Shown: piece after piece, positions 11,553 to 24,235 of the stretch | Numbering within the stretch: position 1 is the first letter of the stretch | Layout: every line of letters starts with the position of its first letter | NCBI GenBank assembly: GCA_002104905.1 | Contig: MCFE01000690.1 | Location: 1-44,725, forward strand | Source: Basidiobolus meristosporus CBS 931.73 | Taxonomy: Eukaryota; Fungi; Basidiobolomycota | Reading direction: 5' to 3' | Length of the DNA stretch: 44,725 nt | Translations under genes and position numbers: made by a program | The notes under the pieces: model-generated | The model's input: only the letters and a program-made list of their open reading frames with translations | Database searches by the model: none | Told to the model about the DNA's origin: nothing

Positions 11553-14500
11553 CAAGCTGTCACTCTCTGCAGTGTCTACTACTTCTATTACTGGAATTTT
11601 TCCCTCTGCTGAAAAGTTGGATGGATCTAACTACCCAGTGTGGAAGGTGAATATGAAGATGTTGCTACAAGAAAGAGGCCTTAGGGATGTTGTTATGGGA
11701 GAAGAATGCCCTCCTTAAAATGTGGGAGAGGAAGCCTTAAAGTACCAGAAGAAAGTACAAAGTGCCTTTAACAGCATTTGCATTAATGTTAAAGACAAAT
11801 TGCTAATTCAGTGCTCAAGAGCAAAAACAGCAAAGAATGCCTAGAAGGCATTGGAAGACACTTTCCAGTCATATTTAGCTGCTAATAAAATGTATCTGAG
11901 ATGAAAATTCTTTACTACAAAGATGCTACCAGCAGATGAAATGAAAAATCTAATTTACAGAATTACCCTGCTAGTTGATGAGATGGAATCTGTGGGCGTA
12001 CCAACTACTAATGAAGATGTGATAGTAACCATCCCAAATAGCCTGACAGACACATTTCAGGGCCTGGTATCAGCCCTAGTGTCCAGAACTGAAGATTTGA
12101 CCTTAAATTACATACATGGAAGGTTCCTGGATGAAGAATTAAGAAAATCAAGTGCAAATAAGAAGGAAGAAAAAAATGCTTTAATATGCAGTGATAACCA
12201 ACAAAGGAGATACCAAGACCCTACAAAGGTAACAGCAACCTTTTTGTAACTACTGCAAAAGGAAAGGACACACATCACACTGGTGCTTTGGAAAGAGTGA
12301 TAATCAGCAAAAAAAGCCTGGATATGGAAATGCTGCAACAACTGAAGATGGACTGTTCATATTTGCGCTAAATATGACCACAAACAAGGATTCTCAGATG
12401 TGGTATATTGACCCTGGAGCATCTCAACACTTTATACACCAAAAAGAACTTTTTACCTAATATCAAGAAATTCCAATCAAGTTGGTTTTCATGGGTGACA
12501 ACAGAACACTTGATGCAGTGGGAGAAGGAACTATCCAAGTAAGCTTAAGCAGCAGTGAAGGAAGCCATACACTGACCTTTACAGGAGTACTTTATGTACC
12601 AGAAATAGCAAAAAACCTACTCTCTGAAAGCAAGGCCACAGCAAATGGACTCAGTTTCCGCTCTGACAATTCTGGATGAAAGATCACTGATCAAAATGGT
12701 GCCCATATTGCTTTGGGTATCAGAGATCAGAACCTATACAAGTTACATTATATTCCATCATATTTGGAAGCCCATATAAGTAACTTAAGTGAAGAAACAC
12801 CAATGCCTTGGCACAGGAGACTTGGACACATCAATTTTGATTATTTGCGCAAAATGATCAAAGATCAGCTAATTTCTGGTGTAAAAATTGATCCCCCAAC
12901 TATTTTGGAGCACTGTAAAGCCTGCATATATGGGAAACAAGCCAGAAAACCACTCAAGAGCACTGGGTTAGTCAAAACTAAGAAAAATTAGATCTAATTC
13001 ACTCAGAACTGTATGGAGCAATGCAAATTTTATCCTTAGGTGAGATAAAGTATTTAATCACTTTTATTGATGATTACTCAAGATACACTCAGGTTTACTT
13101 CATGGAGAGAGAGGAAGAAGCTCTGGCAAAGTTCAGGGAGTTTAAAGCCATGGTGGAGAGAGAAACTGGTGAAAAAATCAAGAAAATGCACTCTGACAAT
13201 GGTGGAGAATATACCTCAAAACTTTTCATCCACTTCTGCAAGATTCATGGGATAAAGCAAGAGACTACTGTATCATACTCCCCACAGCAATATGAAATAG
13301 CAGAATGTGCTAACAGATCAATAACTGATATGGCAAGATCTATGATCCATAATCAAAAATTATCCTATGATTTATGCGCGGAATTAGTTGCCACTGCTGT
13401 ATATCTTAAAAATAGGAGTCATAACAGAATACTTTGTGGTTCTATTCCATTTGAAGCATGGTATCAATACAGACCAAGTGCAGAACATCCAAGAATATTT
13501 GGGTGTACAGCATATGCCAAGAAACTGCCCGGAAATCAGTCAAAATATGAGCCAAAAAGTGTAAAATGCATATTTTTGGGCTACTGCAATGAGAGTAAAG
13601 CATACAGACTATACAATACCAAAGCAAAGAAGCTTATCAAGTCCAGGGATGTGTTGTTTGATGAAATTCAAAAAAATGACAAAAAATGACATCAGATGAT
13701 GACAAAAATCTGTTCTCAAGTCCACCAATTGTCAGGATTGAATCAGAGCAAAACAATGAAAGTTTTTTCACTCCAGAGGACTCAACAACTGTGGCTCAGC
13801 CAGAATCAGTGCTCAGAAATATCCCAGAAGCGATCATTCCAGTAACAAATGGCTGTAGATCAAATTGGACAAGAAATAGCCCAAATTATTATTTCAATGA
13901 GGGCTGAAGCTTAGTCTATGCCTATTCAGTCCATATTATTGAACCCCAGACTGTAAAAGAGGCCCTAAATAGCCCTCAGACAAGTATTTAGCAATCTGTA
14001 ATGACTGAGGAATATCAGGCCCTGATGGAAAATCAAACTTGGGACTTAGTCAGATAACCAATCAACCAAAAATCAATTGGATGCAGATGGGTCTTCAAGA
14101 CAAAATACAAGGCTGATGGTACAATTGAAAGACACAAAGCAAGACTTGTTGCCAAAGGATACTCTTAAACAAAAGGACTTGACTATACTGAGACCTTTTC
14201 ACCAGTAGCCAAGTGTAGTTCCATCAGATTTATATTGGCTATTGCAGCTAAATATACATTTTTTATTCTTCAAATGGATGTAAAAACTGCATTTAGAATG
14301 GAGAACTTGATGAGGACATGTATATAGACCAGCCTGATGGGTTTTTTGACCAAGATAACCCCCATTTGGTCTGCAGGCTTAAAAAGTCACTATATGGTCT
14401 CAAACAGTCACCAAGAGCCTGGAATTGCAAGATAGATTCTTAATTGGAATCTTCAAGTTTCAAAAGGAGTAATGCTGACAACAGTATATACAATAAGCCA

Positions 14501-15511
14501 GATAGAGCAAATTCAGTTCTATTAGCTCTCTATGTGGATGATCTTATTATTGCCACCAACAACCTAGAAACATTGGAAGAGACTAAATCCAGCCTATCTA
14601 AGGAGTTCAAGATGTCCAATCTAGGAGAACTGAGTTACTACCTAGGGATTAAATTCTCCATAGACAGAAGTATCCAGACTATTACCCTAAGCCAATGCAA
14701 GTATATTCAAGATATACTAAAGAAGTACCAAATGGAGGACTCTAAACTGGCAGCTACCCCAATGGAGACAAACCTTAACTTGGTCAAAACTCAACCAAAT
14801 CAAGAGAACTTAGTGCCATCCAAAACCCCTGACTTTCCTTATCCATCTATAGTTTGTAGTCTGATGTATATTATGCTTGGAACATGTCCAGATAACTCAT
14901 ATTCAGTGGGAGTTGTCAGCCAACATAATTAGAACAATGGATCTGATCATATTGCAGCAGTTAAGCGGATTTTTAGATACATAAAAGGAACTGCTGATAT
15001 CTGCTTAAGATACACTTATAAGGATTGAGAACAAGATTTTGTGGCATACTCTGATGCAGATTGGGGACAAAATTTAGAAGACAGAAGATCCACCACAGGA
15101 AACACCTTTGTTAGCTGTCAAGGAGCAATTTCATGGAACTCAAGAAAGCAACTAACAGTAGCACTTTCTACCACAGAGGCAGAGTATATGGCAGCCTGTG
15201 AAGCTATAAAAGAAGCAATGTAGTTAAGGAAGCTTTTTACAGATTTAGGCCTATGTCAAAAAACAACTATTACGTCATTTTAAGATGGTCAAGGATGTAT
15301 ACAATTAGGTAGAAATCTAACTTTTCATGCTAGAACTAAGCACATAGATATTAGACATCACTTCATACATGAAGCTAAAGAGAATAACCTAGTTAGCTTA
15401 GTTTACTGTCCTACAGATTAAATGATTGCAGACACATCTACCAAACCATTAGCTAGAGACAAGTTTGAATATCTTAGGTCAAAATTAGGACTAGTCAGTA
15501 TGAACATTTAG
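11545..15511 (+). pseudogene. copia B1 gag-pol, many stops and frameshifts
   Basis: EKLDGSNYPVWK Gag start, integrase HSDNGGEY, RT LALYVDDLII, RH AYSDADWG. Confidence 0.92.
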
Positions 15512-15579
15512 CTGAGTATGAGTGTTGCAAAAATTTGTAATTCCATGTATATATTCACCTAACTTGAATTATATTCTTT

Positions 15580-15925
15580 TGTTGTAAAAATTTGTATATC
15601 CACCTAAATATTCACCTAACTTTGTCACTTAGATCATTACCCTCAAATCCTAGAGAATACTGACCAAATTCCTTGTGAGATTTACTTAGAATATTTTCAC
15701 CAAAAACCAGGTACTCAGAACATGAAAATTCTCAAAGATGTCAAAACAGCCCCAAACATTGCACACATGCTCTTGGGACCTTCCTTAACCTATTCTACAT
15801 GTTTGTTATGCCAAGACCAGGTAAATGTATTAATACTACTTTTAAATTCAATCAATCATTAAGTGAAAACCACATAATCACCTTTTCCCCCAATGACTTA
15901 CAATATCTCCAAGACTCTTACAACA
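15580..15925 (+). repeat. B1 3' LTR, preceded by an abortive LTR start at 15523-15565
   Basis: TGTTGTAAAA...TTACAACA. Confidence 0.9.
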
Positions 15926-16407
15926 GGATCTATCCAGTCACTTAGTAGCAGTCAAGACAACAATTGATTAATAATGCAATTTCTCATTTATCTTTTGCAT
16001 CTATACACATCCCAACAAAATTCAATTAGTCCAGTCTCTTGGTGCATACTAATTCAAATTGATTAGAAAAAATATAAGTAAAGCTTACTGAACCTTATGG
16101 TTTAGTGTGTGTCTCAACAAAATTAAGATTGTGCCTCAGCAAAGTAAGAACTCAGCAATTTTGTTCTAGTTTCTACTCAAGCCCAGCATATCTAGCATTT
16201 CCAGGAACACCAAGCCTAGTCTGTATAGCAAACCAACTCTGTTGCCTTTATAGACCAACTTAACTATATACAAAATCAAAACTGCACCAGAACCTTTCTG
16301 CTAATATTTCTGTCACCCTTGACAATTCTAAGATTCTGCACTTAGTTGTCACTTAGGTTCAGCTAACTCATTCAAGATTTTATTACACCTTTCTCTTTGA
16401 TACAAAA
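15926..16407 (+). repeat. D1 5' LTR, right part
   Basis: Continues the D LTR after the TSD; ends GATACAAAA vs GATACAACA in D2. Confidence 0.85.
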
Positions 16408-16448
16408 ATTTTTTTATTGAAATCCATTAAATACAGCTGCTTTACAAT

Positions 16449-19400
16449 ATGAATGCAGCAGCAAGCAATTCAAATCCTTCCATGTTGGAAGAAGCCTGCA
16501 GAAATCAGGAAGAACTAACTGAATAGCTTGAAAACATCATGCATGAAAGAAACACCTTGATACTTGAGCACTCAAAGCTTGCCAAGACAAGATCTGACAA
16601 TCATTGTAGAGATGAACTTCTTGATGTTATTGCCAGTTGCCAAGATGAAATTGGAATTATAAATGAGGCCCTGGAGAATATTGTTATTGTAATTGACAGC
16701 ATTTAAAATCCACAAAGCCTTGCTGTGCATCAGCTACCAAGAAGTCATGCCTTTGGATCCTCCAGATCTACAACTCCCTCTAGACCTGCCATGGTAGTTG
16801 TCCAAAATCCTTGCCTCTTTATGCTGAAGGAGCCAATGCCATAAAGAATCCTTCTGAGTTTCTTTACAAGTATAGTCATGTCTTAGCTGCACACCAGCTA
16901 GATCCCAACACCAACTAGGCTAGACTTCTGTCTCTGTATCTCACCATGCAACATGCTGACTAGGTTGAAGTGAACATTCCTTTCAGTAGTACATGAGAAG
17001 TTGCCCAGAACCTCTTTTGCAGCCATTTTGAAGATCCCCTCAAGAAAGTGCATCTAAACTGCAACTTATTGAAAACTAAAATGCAAAAAGATGAATTTGT
17101 GCAACACTTCTGTGATAGATTCCAGAGACAAATGAGATTAGCTGGAGTTAGTGATGACAATCCATTGCTTACTTCTCATTTTCTTTCAAACTTTTCACCC
17201 CAGCAACAGAGCAATATTGCTATTGTCAAAGCATGCAATCCTGCACGCACTTAAGTCAAAATCTCAGAGATATGTTCACATGCAATCACCATGACTGTGG
17301 CTCTTAGCCAGGCTTCAGGCAACTCCACTCCAGATGCAGCAACAACCAAAAAAGTGAGCTGTCATGTGACCAAGAAGAAGTCAACCACTACCAAGTATTG
17401 CAAGCTTCATGGAAGATGCTATCACTCTACTAGTGAATGCAAAGGCATCATTAGGCAGTCAAACAAGTCAGGAAACATGTCAGAGAAGCAGCAAAATGCC
17501 AAAACTGATAGTCCATATGCTGATGGTAAATGCTTTAAATGTGGAAAGATGGGATATAGATCACCAGCCTGTCCTGAGAAGAACTCAACACCGTAGGCAA
17601 AGATTACTCAGATCCAAGATGAAAATTCAGCCAATGAAATGACAGGATATGAGGAGGTATATGAAGAACTGACAGCTCAAGATTGTAACAACCTCTTTGA
17701 AATTCTGGCTAAAATTTCCCCTGTACAAGAAAAGAAGCAACTAATTACGCAGCCAAAAGCTATAGTGGTGCCACTCAAAGTGGCACTACTGGATACTGGA
17801 GCATCTAACCCTATTGCATCACCTAATGTAGTCAAAGAACTCAGATTGGAAATAGAAAAGCAACCAGGCAAAATCATGATTGCAGCTAAGAACCACTCAG
17901 CCCCAAGAATTTCTATCACCAACCCAATCAGCATACATTGTAGTTCAATGACTATAATATATCAAGTGGAAGTTATTGACATTCCAGATGGACCTCAGGG
18001 AGTCATTGGCCTAAACACCTTCATCAAACTTGGCTTTCACATAGGTGGAATACCAATTTCATATCCTGAAATCACTAAGGCTCAGCCCCCCATAATAGAT
18101 CAGATTCTAGAGATTATCTCTCCCCATCTGGAAGCAGAGGAGTCTATCCCAGCTTTTCAAGCATATTCTCAATCAATCAAATTGCAAATTCAGCCAGCCA
18201 TTGAAAGAAACCAAGCCATTCCCAGAAACAGTTTCTGCACTATTCCAGAATTCATTGTTATGCTAGAAACCTCACCTGGTGAGTTGTCATGGAGGAGGCA
18301 ATACCAAATTCCACATACTTGTCAACACTTAGTTGATGAAATAGTCCAAAAGTGGTCTGACAATGGAATTATCACTCAAGCCCCTGTCAATGCACCATTC
18401 AACAGCCCTTTGATGCTTGCTCCCAGGAAGGATGCAAATGGAAATCTAACTCTGAAGAGACCCTGTTTGGACCCTAGGCCTCTAAGCAAACTTCTCTGCA
18501 ATGATAAATTTCCAACTCCAAGAATCCAGGATATCTTTTCCTCACTATCAGATGCAAATGTACTCTCCATACTGGACTTGAAGGATGCATATCACAGGTT
18601 CCAGATCCATCCTGATCATCAGCATAAGACTACCTTTACTTGGAATGATATGCAATAGATGTTTCAGGGTGCTCCCTTTGACCTAAAGTCATCTACCAGC
18701 AAGATCCAGGGAGTCATGACTATAAAACTCAAGAATGCATCATATGCCTTAGTATTTGTTGATGATGTCATTATATTTTCCACAAATGGTGATGATAATG
18801 CAACTCATGTCATTGATGTAATCAATAGACTGACAGCCACTGGACTGATTCTTAATACTGAAAAGTGCAGTTTTGCTTGCCTCAAAATCAGTCTACTTGA
18901 GTTCATAGTCACACCACATGGCTACCAACTTGAGCCTTTCAAACTGGACAATATTCCTGAATGACCAAAAACCACTAGTGCTAAGCAACTCCAACATTAT
19001 CTTGGAGTATTCAACTATTTCAGGGAACATATTTCTCTCATGTCCTCTTTGAGTGCCCCTCTGGATGCATTACTCCATTGTCCTGAACTTCCCTCAGTCT
19101 GGAACAAGACTCATGACCAAGCATTTGAGTCACTGTGCCGGTTGCTCCCACAAGCACCCACCCTATCCTTCCCAGACTTTACTAAGACCATTGTTGTTGC
19201 TACAGATGCATCTAATGTTGGGTTAGGAGCTGTCCTATACCAGAATGAATACCAAAATCCACCTCACTGGATCTCTTTTCAAGCCAGATCACTACAATTT
19301 GCTGAGAGAAACTACTGTGGCACCAAGAAGGAGCTACTTGCAATAGTCTTTGTGTTGAGAAGTTTCATCAGTACTTATGAGGTAACCCCTTCATCTTGTA

Positions 19401-20926
19401 CACCGACCACCAGGCCCTTGTCTACATCCACACTCAAAAGACTCTGACTGCAATGATCACCAACTGGCTTGATACTCCACTTGACTCTGAATATAAAGTT
19501 ATTCAGCACCCAGGAATCATTGCCCAGGAGTCCTAAACATCCTACGTGACAACCTTTCAAGACTTTTCCCAACTTCACCTTGGGAGGGACAGGGGATTAC
19601 TGACATAATTAGTAAGCCCACTACAGCTTCCAAAGTAGTTCCCCAACTGGATTCAGCAACATGGAAAATCCTACATGTCAATGAAAGAAAAACATTGATA
19701 CAGAGGAGTCATTTACTTGGCCACTCTGGGGCTGACATACTTATGAAGAAGCAACACTCTGATGGATATCACTGGCAAAATATCAAAGCTGACTGCCTAG
19801 AATTGTCAAGTCTTGCAGATAATGTCAACTTTGAAATATTAGCCAACATGGATTTCACCCTTTCAGTCCCATCCATGCAAGCCTTCCTACGGATCATATT
19901 GCAATTAAACTGGCTGGACCTTTCACCACTAGTTATTATGGTAATCACTACCTCTTTGTATTTATGGATGTCTGCACACGTTTTGTCTTCCTCAAAGCTA
20001 TTCCAGATAAGCATGCTGCCACTATTGCACAAGCACTATTCAAGCTCTTCTGCCTTTTAGGATTCCCAAAGGTCACTCAATTGGAAAATGGAACAGAATT
20101 TGTGAATCACATGATCAAAGCCCTTCATCAGAACAGCACCATTGAGCACTGTCTGATCACTCCCTATCATCCCAAAGCTAATGGACTTGCTGAAAGACAT
20201 GTTCAGACCTCAGTGAACATGATCAGGAAATCTATTAAAGGTATCAAGAAGAAATGGGACAAGTACATTCTGACCATACAGTATGCTACCAACACCAAAA
20301 TTGCTACTCTACATGGATCAATGTCATTTTCTTTGATGTTTGGAAAATAATTCAATCACTTTGGAGACTACCAGAATATAGAGTTAGCAAAGGTGAATCC
20401 AAACAAGCTAAAGAACCAACTTGACTACCTTCCCAACATTGTCTACCCTGCTATTTGTGCCAGGAGTATGACCTCACAGCAAAATACAACTTCAACATAT
20501 GCCTCAGGACACAGGAACAGCAGCTTCCCAGATGGGTGATATGTCATAACACTAAATCCAATCCAACAATCTAAACTTTACCCCAAATATGAAGGCCCAT
20601 TCAAAGTTGCTGGACAGACCACTGAAGGATTGTTTGTACCTCAGGACAATACTGGAGCACTGCTACCCAAAAACTTTCCATTTTCTTCACTGAAGCTCAT
20701 GTCACAAGACCCAGTTACTTCAGAATCCTATGAAGTTAAAGGTATTGTTGACAATGATGGAGAAGAACCAAATTGCCTTTATTTAGACATGTGCAAAGGT
20801 TATGATGCCAAGCACAACACCTGGAAACCTTATACCAGCTTTGATGTTCTTGCCATCATCAATCAGTATTGGAGATGTGTGGGAACCCAGAAGAAATCAG
20901 AAAACTTTTCTCCTGGGAGGAAGTAA
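16449..20926 (+). pseudogene. D1 gag-pol with C-terminal chromodomain, decayed
   Basis: CKLHGRCYHSTSEC and CFKCGKMGYRSPAC; PR-RT ORF 17639-18658; chromodomain YEVKGIVDNDGE...YDAKHNTWKP. Confidence 0.92.
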
Positions 20927-21410
20927 TGTTGTGCATCAACTCTTAAAACTTAGCATATTTTACTTCATTAGAAATTTTAGTACCCTAACTGATTTTCCTT
21001 AACCCAAACATAACTAATCCCAGTTATGGTTTATTTTATCACTTCTCAGAATCTATTTTTAGCTGTCACACCTGATCAATTTCCATGTGTTCATTATGTC
21101 CTCAACTGATCTGCTAAGCATTTCCAAGTGATTAGTCATCTAATATCTATCCAACTACCTTGCAGTTGCCAAGACATCAGCTGATTAATGATGCAATTTT
21201 GCATTTATCTTATGCACCTATGAGTATCCCAACAAATTTCAATTAGTCCAGTCCCTTGGTGCTACTAATTTAACTTGATCAGAAAAATAAAAGTACAGCT
21301 TACTGAACCTTTTAGTTTAGTGTGTGACTAAGCAAAATTAATAATTCAGCAATTCCATTCTAGTTTCCACCTAAGCCCAGCACATCTTGCATTCCCAACA
21401 ACACCAAGCT
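20927..21410 (+). repeat. D1 3' LTR, truncated
   Basis: Starts right after GGGAGGAAGTAA; homology stops at acaccaagct, where ORF-X sequence begins. Confidence 0.88.
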
Positions 21411-21733
21411 TATTGCTTGCTCTACATGTATCATCCACTCATCCTGTTTGTGGGCTATCCCCTGATTTCTTTGGGCCAGTGCATCTATCCTTTCAGCCAC
21501 TATACCAAATTGCCTTATTTATGCTTGGTATGAGCTGACAACATACCAGCTTACAAAGCTGGAGGTGATGTTATGACAGCCACTTGCTGATCTTCAACCA
21601 GAGGTACTGTATTTGCTATATTCTCATCTGCCTGAGCATTATGGTCAGTGTGTGGCTCTGCAGAGATTCCCAATTGCCTACTTGACTGAGAGCCTGAGGA
21701 GTCTGCATTATTCTGTTCAGTAGGCACTCTGTC
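21411..21733 (-). pseudogene. ORF-X fragment, second CACTA copy
   Basis: Colinear with ~25835-26160. Confidence 0.8.
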
Positions 21734-23246
21734 TTAGGTTCATATGAATACTGATATAAAAGTGATATGTTCTGGAGTGTCAAGCTGTTTGCCCCATGGA
21801 GAAGACTACTTTGATTCACCACTCTACAAGAAGAGAATCAAGACCTTGTGGATTTTGTAACAAGCTTCTCAACCATGAAGCATGCAGACAGCATAGGAAG
21901 TATTACAAGGATCACAGATAGTGTTTTGCAATACAAGTCATATTTGACCATTCATCAGTCACTACTCTACTAACATTATCTTCCCAGCCACTTTATACTT
22001 CTATAACAGCACCTAGCTGTACTTGTCACACTTTGCATTCTGAGTCAGGTGAGATTGTACACCTTTAGGCTCACCTCACCCTTCTGATTATGACACACAG
22101 AGTGAGTACTCTGGAGTAGAAGGCTCACTGATGGTATGTGAGCCTATCTCTGCTTGCAACAGTGCTCTGTATTTGCCTGCCATAACCTCAATATGCAATA
22201 AGACAACATCCATAGAAAAAATGCCAAGGATACTTTTTGGTGCCAAGTGAGCCCAGAAATCCATTTATAGGTGAATGATGTAATATTGTGGCTAGAGAAG
22301 TGGTGTGTTTCCACAAATAACAATGATGGGGACTTTGAGGACCTACTACTACTTCTTGCCAAAATCATTTCAGGATGCAACTTACCATGTACATGGTACA
22401 AATGGACAGCTCTCATGCTGCTGGCAGCATATAACCAAGAGACTATCCTGATACCAGCACGTGTAAGGAGTTGAATGGCATTCACATCAGAAAACACAAC
22501 CATTGCAAGTTGTCCAGCTTGTCAGGAATCCATCACCACAGGAGAAAATCATTGCTCACACTCCAGATATATTCCAGTAATACCATATCTAAGGAAGCTC
22601 ATGCAGTCATACAAATATTGGGAAGTTATTAACTACCGCACTTAGTATCAATCAAGTGCAAGCTTTTCCAATATATTGGATAGCAAACATTACAAACAAT
22701 TAAGAAGCAAGGGCTACCCTGAAGGTGTGTATGGCCATACCTTTGCCTTAGTACTTGATGGATTCTCATAAAGTAAGTACTCAATCAGCAAATGCTGCTG
22801 GCCATGGATTCTCAGCAACCTGAGTCTGCTGCATATCTTATAATATCAGTGCTGTAATCTTATGGTAGTCACACTGTTATCTGGGCCTAAACTACCTTCC
22901 AACCTGGACAGCTACATGTATCCAGTGCTGTATAAGTTTTGTATGCTATACAGGATGACACTAATAGATAACTGTCTTCTCCAAGTGCATATTGCTATTT
23001 GTATTGGAGATACTCTGGCCATCTGCAAGATAGTTGGCCTTTCTGGGTGCAATGGATGGTATTGCTCTCAGATGCTTGAGATCCAGGGGATATACTCCAC
23101 AATTCATACATATTATTCTTATCCAAACACCAACACCAAGAACACCATTGTCCCACCAAGAGAATGTACAAAATCAGCATGCAACTGCAGCAAAGTTGGC
23201 AAGCCATAATCCATTGCTCAGAATATAGTTTTAATTGGAAACCAGG
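21734..23246 (+). pseudogene. CACTA/EnSpm-like (Transposase_21/Tnp2-type) transposase remnant, 3' truncated
   Basis: ACVRS*MAFT...SCPAC; LVLDGFS...CWPWILSNL; LLSGPKLPSNLDSYMYPVL; CIGDTLAICKIVGLSGCNG. These match the LxxDG / WP / GP-P-D-PL / gD-PA-GhnG pattern of this family. Confidence 0.75.
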
Positions 23247-23785
23247 TGTTGTGCATCAACATTAAAACTTAGTCTATTTACTCTGTTAGAAGATGCAGTA
23301 TCCTAACTGATTTTCTCTAATCACAACATCACTAATCTCAGTTATAGTTTATTTTATTACTTCTCAGAATCTATTTTTTGCTGTCACACCTGATCAATTT
23401 TCCTGTGGTCATTATGTCCTCAACTGATCTGCTTAGCCTTTCTAAGTGACTATTAATCCAAGATCTATCCAACCACTTAGCTTTTGCCAAGACATTAGCT
23501 GATTGATGATGCAATTTCTCAGTTATCTTATGCACCTATGAACACCCCAATGGATTTCAATTAGACCAGTCTCTTGGCACTTACTAATTCAACTTGATCA
23601 GAAAAGCATAAGTAAAGCTTACTGAACCTTTTGGTTGAGACCTTCCTAAGCCTAACTTATATTTTTGTTATGCCCAGACCATGTAAAGGTATAAATACTA
23701 TTTTTACATTCAATAAATTATTAAGTGAAAACCACAAAATCTACTTCTTCTCCCAATCACTTCCAATATCTCCAAGACTCCTACA
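23247..23785 (+). repeat. hybrid LTR: D-family 5' part (23247-23636) fused to B-family 3' part (23637-~23785)
   Basis: First 390 bp match the D LTR; the rest matches the end of the B LTR (gaccttcc...gtataaatact...ctccaagact). Confidence 0.85.
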
Positions 23786-24235
23786 GAATATTTGAGATAG
23801 AGGGTATCTGTTGGAGCAAAAGCATTCCATTGGGAGTAATGCATTTGCTTTTCAACAATATATCTATACTGATGACCATGTTGTAGAAGTGGTATTCCCT
23901 ATGAAAAATTATTGAGATGATCCTGTCAAAAGGCCGTCACAAAGTTAATGTCCTGTGACTGAGAGGTACTGATCTTGCCAGGACTCTGTCTGGAGAATGT
24001 TGAAAAATAATTGCACCCCAGATTTCGCAAAAAACTTTGTCAAAATTTTTCATCACAATGATGTACAAGTGGCTTTTGATTGGTTCCCTGCCAATTTGCT
24101 CACTTTCTGATCCTGGACACTCTATCACCTCCTGCATTTGTGTGAATTGATTGGCTATTGCCTCTTTTCACACTCCATACTTCTTGACTCAACTGTTTCT
24201 CTTACTTTTCATGCGTACAAATTGATTTATTTCTG

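Larger units (their letters stand above)
11192..15925 (+). mobile_element. Ty1/copia family B, full-length decayed copy B1
   Basis: Two ~350-bp TGTTG...CAA(C/T)A LTRs, PBS, degraded PPT, and 5-bp TSD AGATC (11187-11191) / GGATC (15926-15930). D LTR sequence resumes on the right. Confidence 0.95.
10976..21410 (+). mobile_element. chromodomain Ty3/gypsy (chromovirus) family D, copy D1; 5' LTR interrupted by copia B1; 3' LTR truncated
   Basis: LTRs start TGTTGTGCATCAAC; Gag knuckle, PR LLDTGAS, RT FVDDVIIFS, RH TDASNVGLGAVL, integrase, chromodomain. Confidence 0.93.

Noticed and set aside
16408-16425. Self-priming duplex with GGATTTCAAT at ~23552
   Set aside because: The match occurs only in the hybrid LTR, not in D1's own LTRs, and lies upstream of the likely TATA.
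17594-17596. TAG between D1 gag and pol as programmed readthrough
   Set aside because: D1 has many similar nonsense changes, so this cannot be distinguished from decay with one copy.
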